Shown here piece after piece: positions 21,701-33,419 of a stretch of 33,419 bases of DNA. Every line of letters begins with the position of its first letter. The stretch's first letter is position 1. A program made the translations under genes and the position numbers. Origin of the DNA: Chiloscyllium plagiosum (lineage: Eukaryota). The stretch spans positions 46,582 through 80,000 of the forward strand of contig NW_025215268.1 of the NCBI RefSeq assembly GCF_004010195.1, given 5' to 3'. The notes under the pieces were generated by a model, which ran no database searches, was not told the origin of the DNA, and was given only the letters and a program-made list of their open reading frames with translations.

Positions 21701-24700
21701 GATGGTTGTTCTCTGTATTAAACACAGGGATTCATGTTCTTTATATTAGGCACAGAATCTGCTGTTCTCTATATTATACACAGGGATGGTTGTTCTCTGT
21801 ATTAAACACAGGGATTCATGTTCTTTATATTAGGCACAGAATCTGCTGTTCTCTATATTATACACAGGGATGGTTGTTCTCTGTATTAAACACAGGGATT
21901 CATGTTCTTTATATTAGGCACAGAATCTGCTGTTCTCTATATTATACACAGGGATGGTTGTTCTCTGTATTAAACACAGGGATTCATGTTCTTTATATTA
22001 GGCACAGAATCTGCTGTTCTCTATATTATACACAGGGATGGTTGTTCTCTGTATTAAACACAGGGATTCATGTTCTTTATATTAGGCACAGAATCTGCTG
22101 TTCTCTATATTATACACAGGGATGGTTGTTCTCTGTATTAAACACAGGGATTCATGTTCTTTATATTAGGCACAGAATCTGCTGTTCTCTATATTATACA
22201 CAGGGATGGTTGTTCTCTGTATTAAACACAGGGATTCATGTTCTTTATATTAGGCACAGAATCTGCTGTTCTCTATATTATACACAGGGATGGTTGTTCT
22301 CTGTATTAAACACAGGGATTCATGTTCTTTATATTAGGCACAGAATCTGCTGTTCTCTATATTATACACAGGGATGGTTGTTCTCTGTATTAAACACAGG
22401 GATTCATGTTCTTTATATTAGGCACAGAATCTGCTGTTCTCTATATTATACACAGGGATGGTTGTTCTCTGTATTAAACACAGGGATTCATGTTCTTTAT
22501 ATTAGGCACAGAATCTGCTGTTCTCTATATTATACACAGGGATGGTTGTTCTCTGTATTAAACACAGGGATTCATGTTCTTTATATTAGGCACAGAATCT
22601 GCTGTTCTCTATATTATACACAGGGATGGTTGTTCTCTGTATTAAACACAGGGATTCATGTTCTTTATATTAGGCACAGAATCTGCTGTTCTCTATATTA
22701 TACACAGGGATGGTTGTTCTCTGTATTAAACACAGGGATTCATGTTCTTTATATTAGGCACAGAATCTGCTGTTCTCTATATTATACACAGGGATGGTTG
22801 TTCTCTGTATTAAACACAGGGATTCATGTTCTTTATATTAGGCACAGAATCTGCTGTTCTCTATATTATACACAGGGATGGTTGTTCTCTGTATTAAACA
22901 CAGGGATTCATGTTCTTTATATTAGGCACAGAATCTGCTGTTCTCTATATTATACACAGGGATGGTTGTTCTCTGTATTAAACACAGGGATTCATGTTCT
23001 TTATATTAGGCACAGAATCTGCTGTTCTCTATATTATACACAGGGATGGTTGTTCTCTGTATTAAACACAGGGATTCATGTTCTTTATATTAGGCACAGA
23101 ATCTGCTGTTCTCTATATTATACACAGGGATGGTTGTTCTCTGTATTAAACACAGGGATTCATGTTCTTTATATTAGGCACAGAATCTGCTGTTCTCTAT
23201 ATTATACACAGGGATGGTTGTTCTCTGTATTAAACACAGGGATTCATGTTCTTTATATTAGGCACAGAATCTGCTGTTCTCTATATTATACACAGGGATG
23301 GTTGTTCTCTGTATTAAACACAGGGATTCATGTTCTTTATATTAGGCACAGAATCTGCTGTTCTCTATATTATACACAGGGATGGTTGTTCTCTGTATTA
23401 AACACAGGGATTCATGTTCTTTATATTAGGCACAGAATCTGCTGTTCTCTATATTATACACAGGGATGGTTGTTCTCTGTATTAAACACAGGGATTCATG
23501 TTCTTTATATTAGGCACAGAATCTGCTGTTCTCTATATTATACACAGGGATGGTTGTTCTCTGTATTAAACACAGGGATTCATGTTCTTTATATTAGGCA
23601 CAGAATCTGCTGTTCTCTATATTATACACAGGGATGGTTGTTCTCTGTATTAAACACAGGGATTCATGTTCTTTATATTAGGCACAGAATCTGCTGTTCT
23701 CTATATTATACACAGGGATGGTTGTTCTCTGTATTAAACACAGGGATTCATGTTCTTTATATTAGGCACAGAATCTGCTGTTCTCTATATTATACACAGG
23801 GATGGTTGTTCTCTGTATTAAACACAGGGATTCATGTTCTTTATATTAGGCACAGAATCTGCTGTTCTCTATATTATACACAGGGATGGTTGTTCTCTGT
23901 ATTAAACACAGGGATTCATGTTCTTTATATTAGGCACAGAATCTGCTGTTCTCTATATTATACACAGGGATGGTTGTTCTCTGTATTAAACACAGGGATT
24001 CATGTTCTTTATATTAGGCACAGAATCTGCTGTTCTCTATATTATACACAGGGATGGTTGTTCTCTGTATTAAACACAGGGATTCATGTTCTTTATATTA
24101 GGCACAGAATCTGCTGTTCTCTATATTATACACAGGGATGGTTGTTCTCTGTATTAAACACAGGGATTCATGTTCTTTATATTAGGCACAGAATCTGCTG
24201 TTCTCTATATTATACACAGGGATGGTTGTTCTCTGTATTAAACACAGGGATTCATGTTCTTTATATTAGGCACAGAATCTGCTGTTCTCTATATTATACA
24301 CAGGGATGGTTGTTCTCTGTATTAAACACAGGGATTCATGTTCTTTATATTAGGCACAGAATCTGCTGTTCTCTATATTATACACAGGGATGGTTGTTCT
24401 CTGTATTAAACACAGGGATTCATGTTCTTTATATTAGGCACAGAATCTGCTGTTCTCTATATTATACACAGGGATGGTTGTTCTCTGTATTAAACACAGG
24501 GATTCATGTTCTTTATATTAGGCACAGAATCTGCTGTTCTCTATATTATACACAGGGATGGTTGTTCTCTGTATTAAACACAGGGATTCATGTTCTTTAT
24601 ATTAGGCACAGAATCTGCTGTTCTCTATATTATACACAGGGATGGTTGTTCTCTGTATTAAACACAGGGATTCATGTTCTTTATATTAGGCACAGAATCT

Positions 24701-25726
24701 GCTGTTCTCTATATTATACACAGGGATGGTTGTTCTCTGTATTAAACACAGGGATTCATGTTCTTTATATTAGGCACAGAATCTGCTGTTCTCTATATTA
24801 TACACAGGGATGGTTGTTCTCTGTATTAAACACAGGGATTCATGTTCTTTATATTAGGCACAGAATCTGCTGTTCTCTATATTATACACAGGGATGGTTG
24901 TTCTCTGTATTAAACACAGGGATTCATGTTCTTTATATTAGGCACAGAATCTGCTGTTCTCTATATTATACACAGGGATGGTTGTTCTCTGTATTAAACA
25001 CAGGGATTCATGTTCTTTATATTAGGCACAGAATCTGCTGTTCTCTATATTATACACAGGGATGGTTGTTCTCTGTATTAAACACAGGGATTCATGTTCT
25101 TTATATTAGGCACAGAATCTGCTGTTCTCTATATTATACACAGGGATGGTTGTTCTCTGTATTAAACACAGGGATTCATGTTCTTTATATTAGGCACAGA
25201 ATCTGCTGTTCTCTATATTATACACAGGGATGGTTGTTCTCTGTATTAAACACAGGGATTCATGTTCTTTATATTAGGCACAGAATCTGCTGTTCTCTAT
25301 ATTATACACAGGGATGGTTGTTCTCTGTATTAAACACAGGGATTCATGTTCTTTATATTAGGCACAGAATCTGCTGTTCTCTATATTATACACAGGGATG
25401 GTTGTTCTCTGTATTAAACACAGGGATTCATGTTCTTTATATTAGGCACAGAATCTGCTGTTCTCTATATTATACACAGGGATGGTTGTTCTCTGTATTA
25501 AACACAGGGATTCATGTTCTTTATATTAGGCACAGAATCTGCTGTTCTCTATATTATACACAGGGATGGTTGTTCTCTGTATTAAACACAGGGATTCATG
25601 TTCTTTATATTAGGCACAGAATCTGCTGTTCTCTATATTATACACAGGGATGGTTGTTCTCTGTATTAAACACAGGGATTCATGTTCTTTATATTAGGCA
25701 CAGAATCTGCTGTTCTCTATATTATA
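18755..25726. repeat. Homogeneous 84-bp higher-order repeat (3 x 28-bp monomers), 83 copies
   Basis: Unit cacagggatggttgttctctgtattaaa-cacagggattcatgttctttatattagg-cacagaatctgctgttctctatattata; 6972 bp = 83 x 84; no variant copy seen. Confidence 0.97.
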
Positions 25727-28700
25727 CACAGGGACTGCGGTTCTCGGCATTGTACGCAGAGAGTGCTTTTCTCTATTTTATATACAGTGACTGCTGTTCT
25801 CTAGATTTTACATATGGACCACTGTTCTTTATATTGTGCACAGGCACTACTGTTCTCTAAATTAGACACAGGGACTGCTGTCCCCTATATTAAACACAGG
25901 GACTGGGATAGATGTTCTGTATATTATACACAGTGACTCATAATCTCTATATTGTACACAGGGACTGCTGTTCTCTATATTACACCCAGACACTGGTGTT
26001 CTCTATATTATACACAGGGTCGACTGTTCTCTTCATTAAACACAGGAAGTCATGTTCTTTATATTGTGCACAGGCACTGATGTTCTCTAAAATAGACACA
26101 TGAACTGCTGTCCTCTATATTATACACAGGGACTGCTTTCCCCATATTGTACAAAGGGACTGCTGCTGTTTATATTATGCACAGGCACTGCAGTTCTTTG
26201 AAATTGACACAGAGACTGCTGTTCTCTATATTATATACAGAAACTGCTGATTTCCGTATGATACACAGGGGCTGCTGGTCTCGACACTGTACACAGAGAG
26301 TGCTATCCTTTGAATTACACATCTGGATAGTTGTCCTCGATATTAGACACAGGGACTGCTGTTTTCTATATTATAAACAGGTACAGCTATTCTCTATACT
26401 ATTCCCAGTGAATGTTGTTCCCTGTATTAGACACAGGGACTGCTGTTCTCTATATTATACACAGGACTGCTTTTCTCTATATTATACACAGGGACTGCTG
26501 TTTTCTGTATTATACAGTTGGACTGCTGTTCTCTATATTATACACAAGAATCACTGATTTCTAAATTAAACACAAGGATTCATTTTTTTGTATTAGACAC
26601 AGCATCTGCTGTTCTCTATATTTTTCACAGGGTCTGGTGTTCACCAAATTGTACACAGGGACTGCTGTTTTCTGTCTCATACAGCAGGACTGCTGTTCTT
26701 TAGATTATACATATGAACTGCTGTTGTCTCTATTACACACAGGGACTGCTGTTCTTTATATAGTGCACAGGCACTACTGTTCTCAAATACACAGAGGGAC
26801 TGCTGTTCTCTATATTATACTCAGGGACTGCTGTTCTCAACACTGCACACAGAGAGTGCTTTTCTCTCGATGATAAATTTGGACTGCTGTTCTCTATATT
26901 AGACACAGGGACTGCTGTTGTCTATATTATACACAGGTACAGCTATTCTCTTTATTATACATGTGACAGTTGTTGCCTATATTAGACACCGGGACAGCTG
27001 TTCCCTATATGAGACACAGAGACTGATGTTCTCTATATTATGCACAGGCAATCCTGTTCTCGAAAATAACCACAGAAACTGTTGTTCTCTATATTATACA
27101 CAGGACTGCTGTTCTCTTTATTAAACACAGGGACTGCTGTTCTCTTTATTCAACACAGGGACTGATGTTCTCTTTATTCAACACAGGGACTGCTGTTTTC
27201 TATATTATACATAAGAAGTTATTTCCTCTATATTATACACAGTGACAGTTGTTCCCAATATGAGACACAGTGTCTACTGTTCTATATGTTATAAACAGTA
27301 ACAGCTGGTCTCTATTATACACACGGACATACGTTCTCTACATTTCACAAAGTGACTACTGTTCTCTGTATGATACATAGGGACAACTATTCTCTATGCT
27401 ATGCACAGGGACTGCCATTCACCAGAATACACACAGGCGCTGCACGGGGACTGCTGGTCTCTCTATTATATGTAGGACTGCTGTACTCTAGAATGTCCGC
27501 AGGAACGCATTTTTCTATGTGTTACATCGGGACTAGTGTTCTCTGCCAGACACTCAGACTGTTCTCTCTATTATGCACTGGCACAGCTGTTCTCTATATG
27601 AAACACAGGATCTGCTGTTCTCCACAGTATACACAGGGACTACGGTTCTCCACTTTAAAAACAGGGACTGCTGTTCTCCACAATGTACGCAGGGCTGCTG
27701 GTCTCTACATTTTACACATGGACTTCTGTTCTCTACCAGACACACTAGACAGCTGTTCTTTATATTATACACTGGCACTGCTGTTCTCCACATTAGAATC
27801 AGGGACTGCCACATTATTCTCAGTGTTTTCCATATTATACACAGTGACTGCTATTCTCTATATTATATACAGGGTCTGCTGCTCTCTTTATTAAACACAG
27901 GGAATGCTGTTCTCTGTATTATACACAGGGACAGCTGTTCTCCAGATTGTACACAGTGACTGCTGTTCTTTACATTATGCACCGGCACTGCTGTTCTCTA
28001 TATTATACACAGGGACTACTGCATTCTAAATTATACATAGGGACTAATGTTTTCTATATTATACACAGGCACTGGTGTTCTCTGTATTATACACAGGGAT
28101 TCATGTTCTGTATATTATACACAGCGACTGCTGTTCTCCATGTTGTACATCGGGACTGATGTTCTCCAAAATAGACACAGTGACTGCTGTTCTCTTTTCT
28201 ATAGTCAGGGATGACCGTTCTCTATATCATACTCTGGGACAGCTGATATCTATATTATACACAGGGACAGCTGTCCTTTACAATGTACACAGGCTCTGCT
28301 GTTTTCTGCGTGTGCGCAGGGACTGCTGTTCTTTATTTTATATATAGGGAATGCTGTTCTGCGCAATAGACACAGAGAGTGCTGTTCTCTCTTATACACG
28401 GACATTGTTTTGTATAATTGACAGAAGGAGTGTTGTTCCCCATATTGTACACAGGTAAGTCTGTTCTCTGTATTACGCAGAGGGATTCCTGCTCTCTGTA
28501 ATATACACAGGGACACATGTTCTCTATATTATACACAGCAACTGTTGTTCTCTGTATGAAACACAGGGACTGCTGTTCTATATTATACACAGGGATTGCT
28601 GTTCTCTTTATTAAAGACAGTTACTGCTGTTCTCTTATATTATATGTAGGACTGCTTTTCTCCACACAGTACACAGGGACTGCTCTTCCTGAAAATGTTT

Positions 28701-30550
28701 GCAGGACCGTTGTTTTCTACATTATACGCAGCGACTGCTGTTCTTCACATGAAACACAGGATCTGCTCTTCTCCACAACATACACAGGGACTACTGTTCT
28801 CCATAGTATAAACAGGGACTGTTGTTTTCTACATTATTCACATTATTCTACATTATTCACAGTGCCTGTTCTTTATATTTTACACAGTGACTGCTGTTCT
28901 CTATATTAAACAGAGGGATTGCTGCTCTTTTTATGAAACACAGGGACAGCGGTTCTCTATATTGTACACAGTGACTACTGTTCATTATATTATGCACAGG
29001 GACTGCTGTTCTCTGTATTATACACAGGGACTACTGTTCTCTACATTATACACAGGGATACCTGTTTTCTATATTGCACACAGTGACTCATGTTCTCTAT
29101 ATTGTGCACAAGGACTGCTGTTTTCTCTATTATATACAGGCACTGGCGTTCTCTTTATTATACACAGGGATGACAGTTCTCTATTATACACAAGGATTCA
29201 AGTTCTGCATTTTGCACACAGAGACTGCTGTTCTATATATTATACACAGAGACTCTATCTTATACACTATGACTGCTGTTCTCCATATTAGACACAGGGA
29301 CTGCTGTTCTTTCCATTGTACACAGGGATTGATGTTCTCTCTATTGTGCACAGGGACTAATGTTCTCTGTATTATACACAAGGACTGCTGCTCTCTATAT
29401 TATACACAGGAATACCTGTTCTCTGTATTGTACACAGTGACTCATGTTCTATATATTGTGTACAGGGGCTGCTGTTTTCTATATTTTACGCAGGCACTGG
29501 TGTTCTCTTTATTGTACACAACGACTGCTGTTCTCTATATTATACACAGGGACTCTATCTTATAGATTGGGACTGCTGTTCTCCCTATTAGTCACAAGGA
29601 CTGCTGTTCTTTCCATTGTGCACAGGGATTGATGTTCTCTCTATTATGCACAGGGACTGCTGTTCTCAATGTTGTACACATGGGCTCTTGGTCTCAACAT
29701 TGCACACAGTTACTGTTTTTCTCTGCATGTGCACAGGGACTGCTGTTCTCTATTTTATACTTAGAAACTTGCTGTTCTCTATGTTATACACAGGGACTGC
29801 TCATCTCTGTATTGTAGTGTGGGACTGCACTTCTCTATATTATACATAGGGACTGCTGTTCTGTCTGATAGACACAGGAGCAGCTGTTTTCTAAATTATA
29901 TACAGGGACTACCATTCTGTATAACAGACACAGGAATTGCTGTTCTCTATATTATATTCAGGACTGTTCTTCTGTGTAATAAACACAGAGACTGTTGTTC
30001 TTTCTATCATACACAGGCACTGCTGTTCTCTATATGATACTCAGAGATTACTGTTCTCCATCATGTACCGAGGCACTGCTGTTCTCTTCACTGCACACAC
30101 GGACTGCTGTTTTCCACATTGTACACAGTTACTGCAAAATAGCCAAAATATGGCTATTTTGTGGAATATAGACAGGTACAACTGTTGTCTATTTTGTACA
30201 CAGGGACTGATGTTCTCTATAATACACTCAGGGACAGCTGTCCTCTATATTACACACAGAGACTGCTGTTCTCTATGGTGTACAGAGGGACTGCTTTTCT
30301 CTACATTATACACAGGAACGGCTGTTTCTTACATGAGACTCAGGGAATGTTATTTTTAATACACAGGAACTGCTGCTCCCTACATGGGACACAGGGATTG
30401 CTGTTCTCTCCATTATACACAGGGAATGCTATTTTATCCATTACACACAGGGACTGTTGTTCTCTATATTACACACAGACACTGGTGTTCTCTATGGTAT
30501 ACACAGGTACAGCTGTTCCCTTTATTAATATAGGGAATCATGTTCTTTAT
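25727..30550. repeat. Degenerate 28-bp satellite array
   Basis: Same monomer consensus as 144-1934, continuous in phase with the 84-bp block, heavily diverged monomers. Confidence 0.93.
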
Positions 30551-31924
30551 GGTGTAGGTTTGTTCACTGAGCTGTAGATTTGATATCCAGATGTTTCATT
30601 ACCTGGCTACTTAACATCATCAGTGGCGACCTCCAAGTGAAGCAAAGCTGTTGTCTCCTGCTTTCTATTTATATCTTTCTCCTGGATGGGGTTCCTGGGA
30701 TTTGTGGTGATGTCATTTCCTGTTTGTTTTCTGAGGGGTTGATGGATGGCATCTAGATCTGTGTGTTTGTTTATTTCGCTGTGGTTGGAGTGCCAGGCTT
30801 TTAGGAATTCTCTGGCATGCCTTTGCTTAGCCAGTCCCAGGATAGATGTGTTGTCCCAGTCGAAATGGTGGCTTTTTTCATCTGTGTGTAGGGCTACAAG
30901 GGAGAGAGGGTCGTGTCTTTTTGTGGCTAGCTGGTATTCATGTATCCTGGTGGCTAACGTTCTTCCTGTTTGTCCTACGTAGTGTTTGTGGCTGTCCTTG
31001 CATGGAATTTTGTAGATGACGTTGGTTTTGTCCATGTGATGTACTGGGTCTTTTAAGTTTGTTAGTTTTTGTTTGAGAGTGTTGGTGGGTTTGTGTGCTA
31101 CTAGGATTCCGAGGGGTCTTAGTAGTCTGGCTGTCATTTCTGAAACTTCTTTGATGTATGGTAAGGTGGTTTGGGTTTCTGGCTGTGTTTGGTCTGCTTG
31201 TCGTGGTTTGTTCTTGAGGAATCTGCGCACTGTGTTTTTTGAGTATCCGTTCTTCTTGAATACGTTGTATAGGTGGTTCTCCTCTGTTTCGCGTAGTTTG
31301 GTCCCGTCGGGTTTCATTTTCTGGAATTCTATCTTGTTTAATTGTCTGGAATTGTGTAATTTTCTTAGGAGATATGTAATTTTGTTTCCTAGTTGTGGGG
31401 TTGGGCCTAGCGCCACCTGTTGGCAGGTGTTGGTGTCTGCGAGTAGTGCATTGACTTTCTCGATGTCGTCCCTTCTTTTCAGGATGACTGTGAGCCGACC
31501 TTTGTCTGCAGGTAATATAACGATGTTTTTGTCTTTTTTGAGGTTTCCTAGGGCTTTCTTTTCTTGTGTGTTCAGTTTGTTTCCTTCCCTCTTTCGGCTC
31601 AGAGTAGGTGTAACTGTCTGTCTGATCGTTTGTTGTGTTTCTTCCGTGAGATTGTTGTCGGAATCCTAGTAGTACACAAACCCACCAATACTCTCAAACA
31701 AAAACTAACAAACTTAAAAGACCGAGTACATCCCATGGACAAAACCAACGTCATCTACAAAATTCCATGCAAAGACTGCCACACACACTACATAGGACAA
31801 ACAGGAAGAAAGTTAGCCACTAGGATACACGAACGCCAGCTAGCCACAAAAAGACATGACCCTCTCTCCCTCGTAGCCCTACACACAGATGAAAAAAGCC
31901 ACCATTTCGATTGGAACAACACAT
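30551..31924 (-). mobile_element. Penelope-like element, RT domain deleted, with inverted 5' duplication
   Basis: Minus-strand frame open 31665-30607, with the IVILPADKG motif and a GIY-YIG-type domain (NVIYKIPCKDSHKHYVGQTGRTLATRIHE...REFLKAWH); 31660-31924 is an inverted copy of 30846-31110. Confidence 0.88.
30575..30630 (-). ncRNA. Degenerate hammerhead ribozyme motif at the Penelope 3' end
   Basis: Minus strand caCTGATGAtgttaagtagccaggtaatGAAAcatctgga; stem II partly mismatched. Confidence 0.55.
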
Positions 31925-33419
31925 AAAGGACCAGTACTACGCTGTAATGTGTCATGTTGAATTGGTCTCATGTCCGGTATTAGCCGAATGGTACCATAAA
32001 GGACCTGTACTGGCTGTAATTCCGTATATTCTATCTGCCTAACTTCCTTTATTAGCTGAGCGGTTCTATAAAGGACCAGTACTACGCTGTTGCATAAAGG
32101 ACCTGTACTGCGCTGTAATGTGCTAAGTTGTATTGGTCTAATGTCCGGTATTAGCCGAATGATACCATAAAGGGCATGTACTGCGCTGTAATTCTGTATG
32201 TTCTATCAGACTAACTTCCATTATTAGCCGAGCTGTTCCAGAAAGGGCCTGTACTGCGCTATAAGGTGTTATGTTGTATTGGTCTAATGTCCGTTATTAG
32301 CCGAGTCGTTCCAAAAAGCAACTGTACTGTGCTGTAATGTTCCATGTTGTATTGGTCTAATGTCCGGTATTAGCCGAATGGTACCATAAAGGACCTGTCC
32401 TCCAGTGTAATGCTATATGTTCTATCAGTCTATATTCCTTTATTAGCCAAGCTGTTCCATAAAGGGCCTATACTGTGCTTTAATTGTCTACGTCTATGAA
32501 CTCTATTTCTTTACCTGCCAAGCGGATCCATAAAGGACCTGTGCTGCTCTCTCATGTGCTATGTTGCATTGGTGTAATGTCCGGTATTCGCAGAGTGGTA
32601 CCATAAAGAGCGTGTGCTGAGCTGTGATGCTGAATGTTCTATCAGTCTAACTTCCTTTATTAGCCGATCTGTTCCATAAAGTGCCTGTACTGTGCTATAA
32701 TGTGCTAAATTGTATTGGTCTAATGTTTGGTATTAGCCGAATGGTACCATAAATGGCATGTACTGCGCTGTAATGCTGTATGTTCTATCAGTCTAACTTC
32801 CTACATTCGCCGAGCTGTTCCATGAAGGATCTGTACTGCTCTGTCATTTGCTATGTTGTTTTAGTCTAAATGTCCAGTATTCGCAGAGTGGTACCATAAG
32901 GGGCCTGGGCTGCACTGTAATGCTGTATGTTCTATCAGGTAGGTAAACAATGACTGCAGATGCTGGAAACCAGAATGTATGTTCTATCAGTCTAACTTCC
33001 TTTATTCGTCGAGCTATTTCATAAAGGGCCTGTACTGTGCTACAATTCTCTACTTTCTATGAACTATATTCCTTTATTGAGCAGTTCCATAAAGGATCAG
33101 TATTGCTCTGTAATATGCTATGTTGTATTGGTCTGATGTCCGGTATTAGCCGAGTAGTACCATAAAGAGCCTGTTCTGGCTGTAATTCCGTACGTTCTAT
33201 CAGTCTAACTTCCTTTATTAGCTGAGCGGTTCCATAAAGGACCAGTACTACGCTGTATTGTGCTATGTTGAATTGGTCTGATGTCCGGTATTAGCCGAAT
33301 GGTACCATAAAGGGCATGTACTGCACTGCAATGCTGTATGTTTAATCAGTCTAACTTCCTTTATTAGTCGAACTGTTCCATAAAGGGCTTGTACTGCGCT
33401 ATAATGTTTACGTTGTATT
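31922..33419. repeat. 73-bp satellite, mostly alternating A/B monomers (146-bp dimer), ~20 monomers, runs off the window
   Basis: cataaagg-like starts at 32093, 32166, 32239, 32312, 32385, 32458. Type A ends ttgtattggtctaatgtccggtattagccgaatggtac; type B ends ttctatcagtctaacttcctttattagccgagctgttc. Confidence 0.9.

Noticed and set aside
18766..25860. 2364-aa ORF of 28-aa repeats as a real protein
   Set aside because: It follows automatically from an 84-bp unit (multiple of 3) with no stop in one frame. It starts at TTG, shows no synonymous variation, and the parent satellite is full of stops and frameshifts.
18755..33419. CRISPR array (28-bp or 73-bp periodicity)
   Set aside because: No unique spacers and no cas genes; head-to-tail tandem repeats in vertebrate DNA.

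Overview
Repeat-rich eukaryotic DNA, most likely from a shark (inferred from HE1/V-SINEs, SacSINE1-like DeuSINEs, many CR1 LINEs and Penelope-like elements). It has two N gaps (8086-9006, 12819-13253) and no intact host protein gene. Left to right: a CR1 3' end; a degenerate 28-bp satellite; a defective Class I (gamma/epsilon-like) endogenous retrovirus at 1935-7067 (LTR, tRNA-Pro PBS, gag, amber stop, truncated protease, no pol, env with a 756-bp tandem duplication, partial 3' LTR); CR1, Penelope and SINE debris holding four decayed tRNA genes (Glu-CTC, Asp-GTC, His-GTG, iMet) and a decayed C2H2 zinc-finger exon; 83 apparently identical copies of an 84-bp (3x28) higher-order repeat, which produce the spurious 2364-aa ORF; more degenerate 28-bp satellite; a Penelope element whose RT domain is deleted in frame and which has a hammerhead-like motif; and a 73/146-bp satellite containing the CR1 3'-terminal motif. 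All family assignments come from recognising motifs by eye; no database searches were run.
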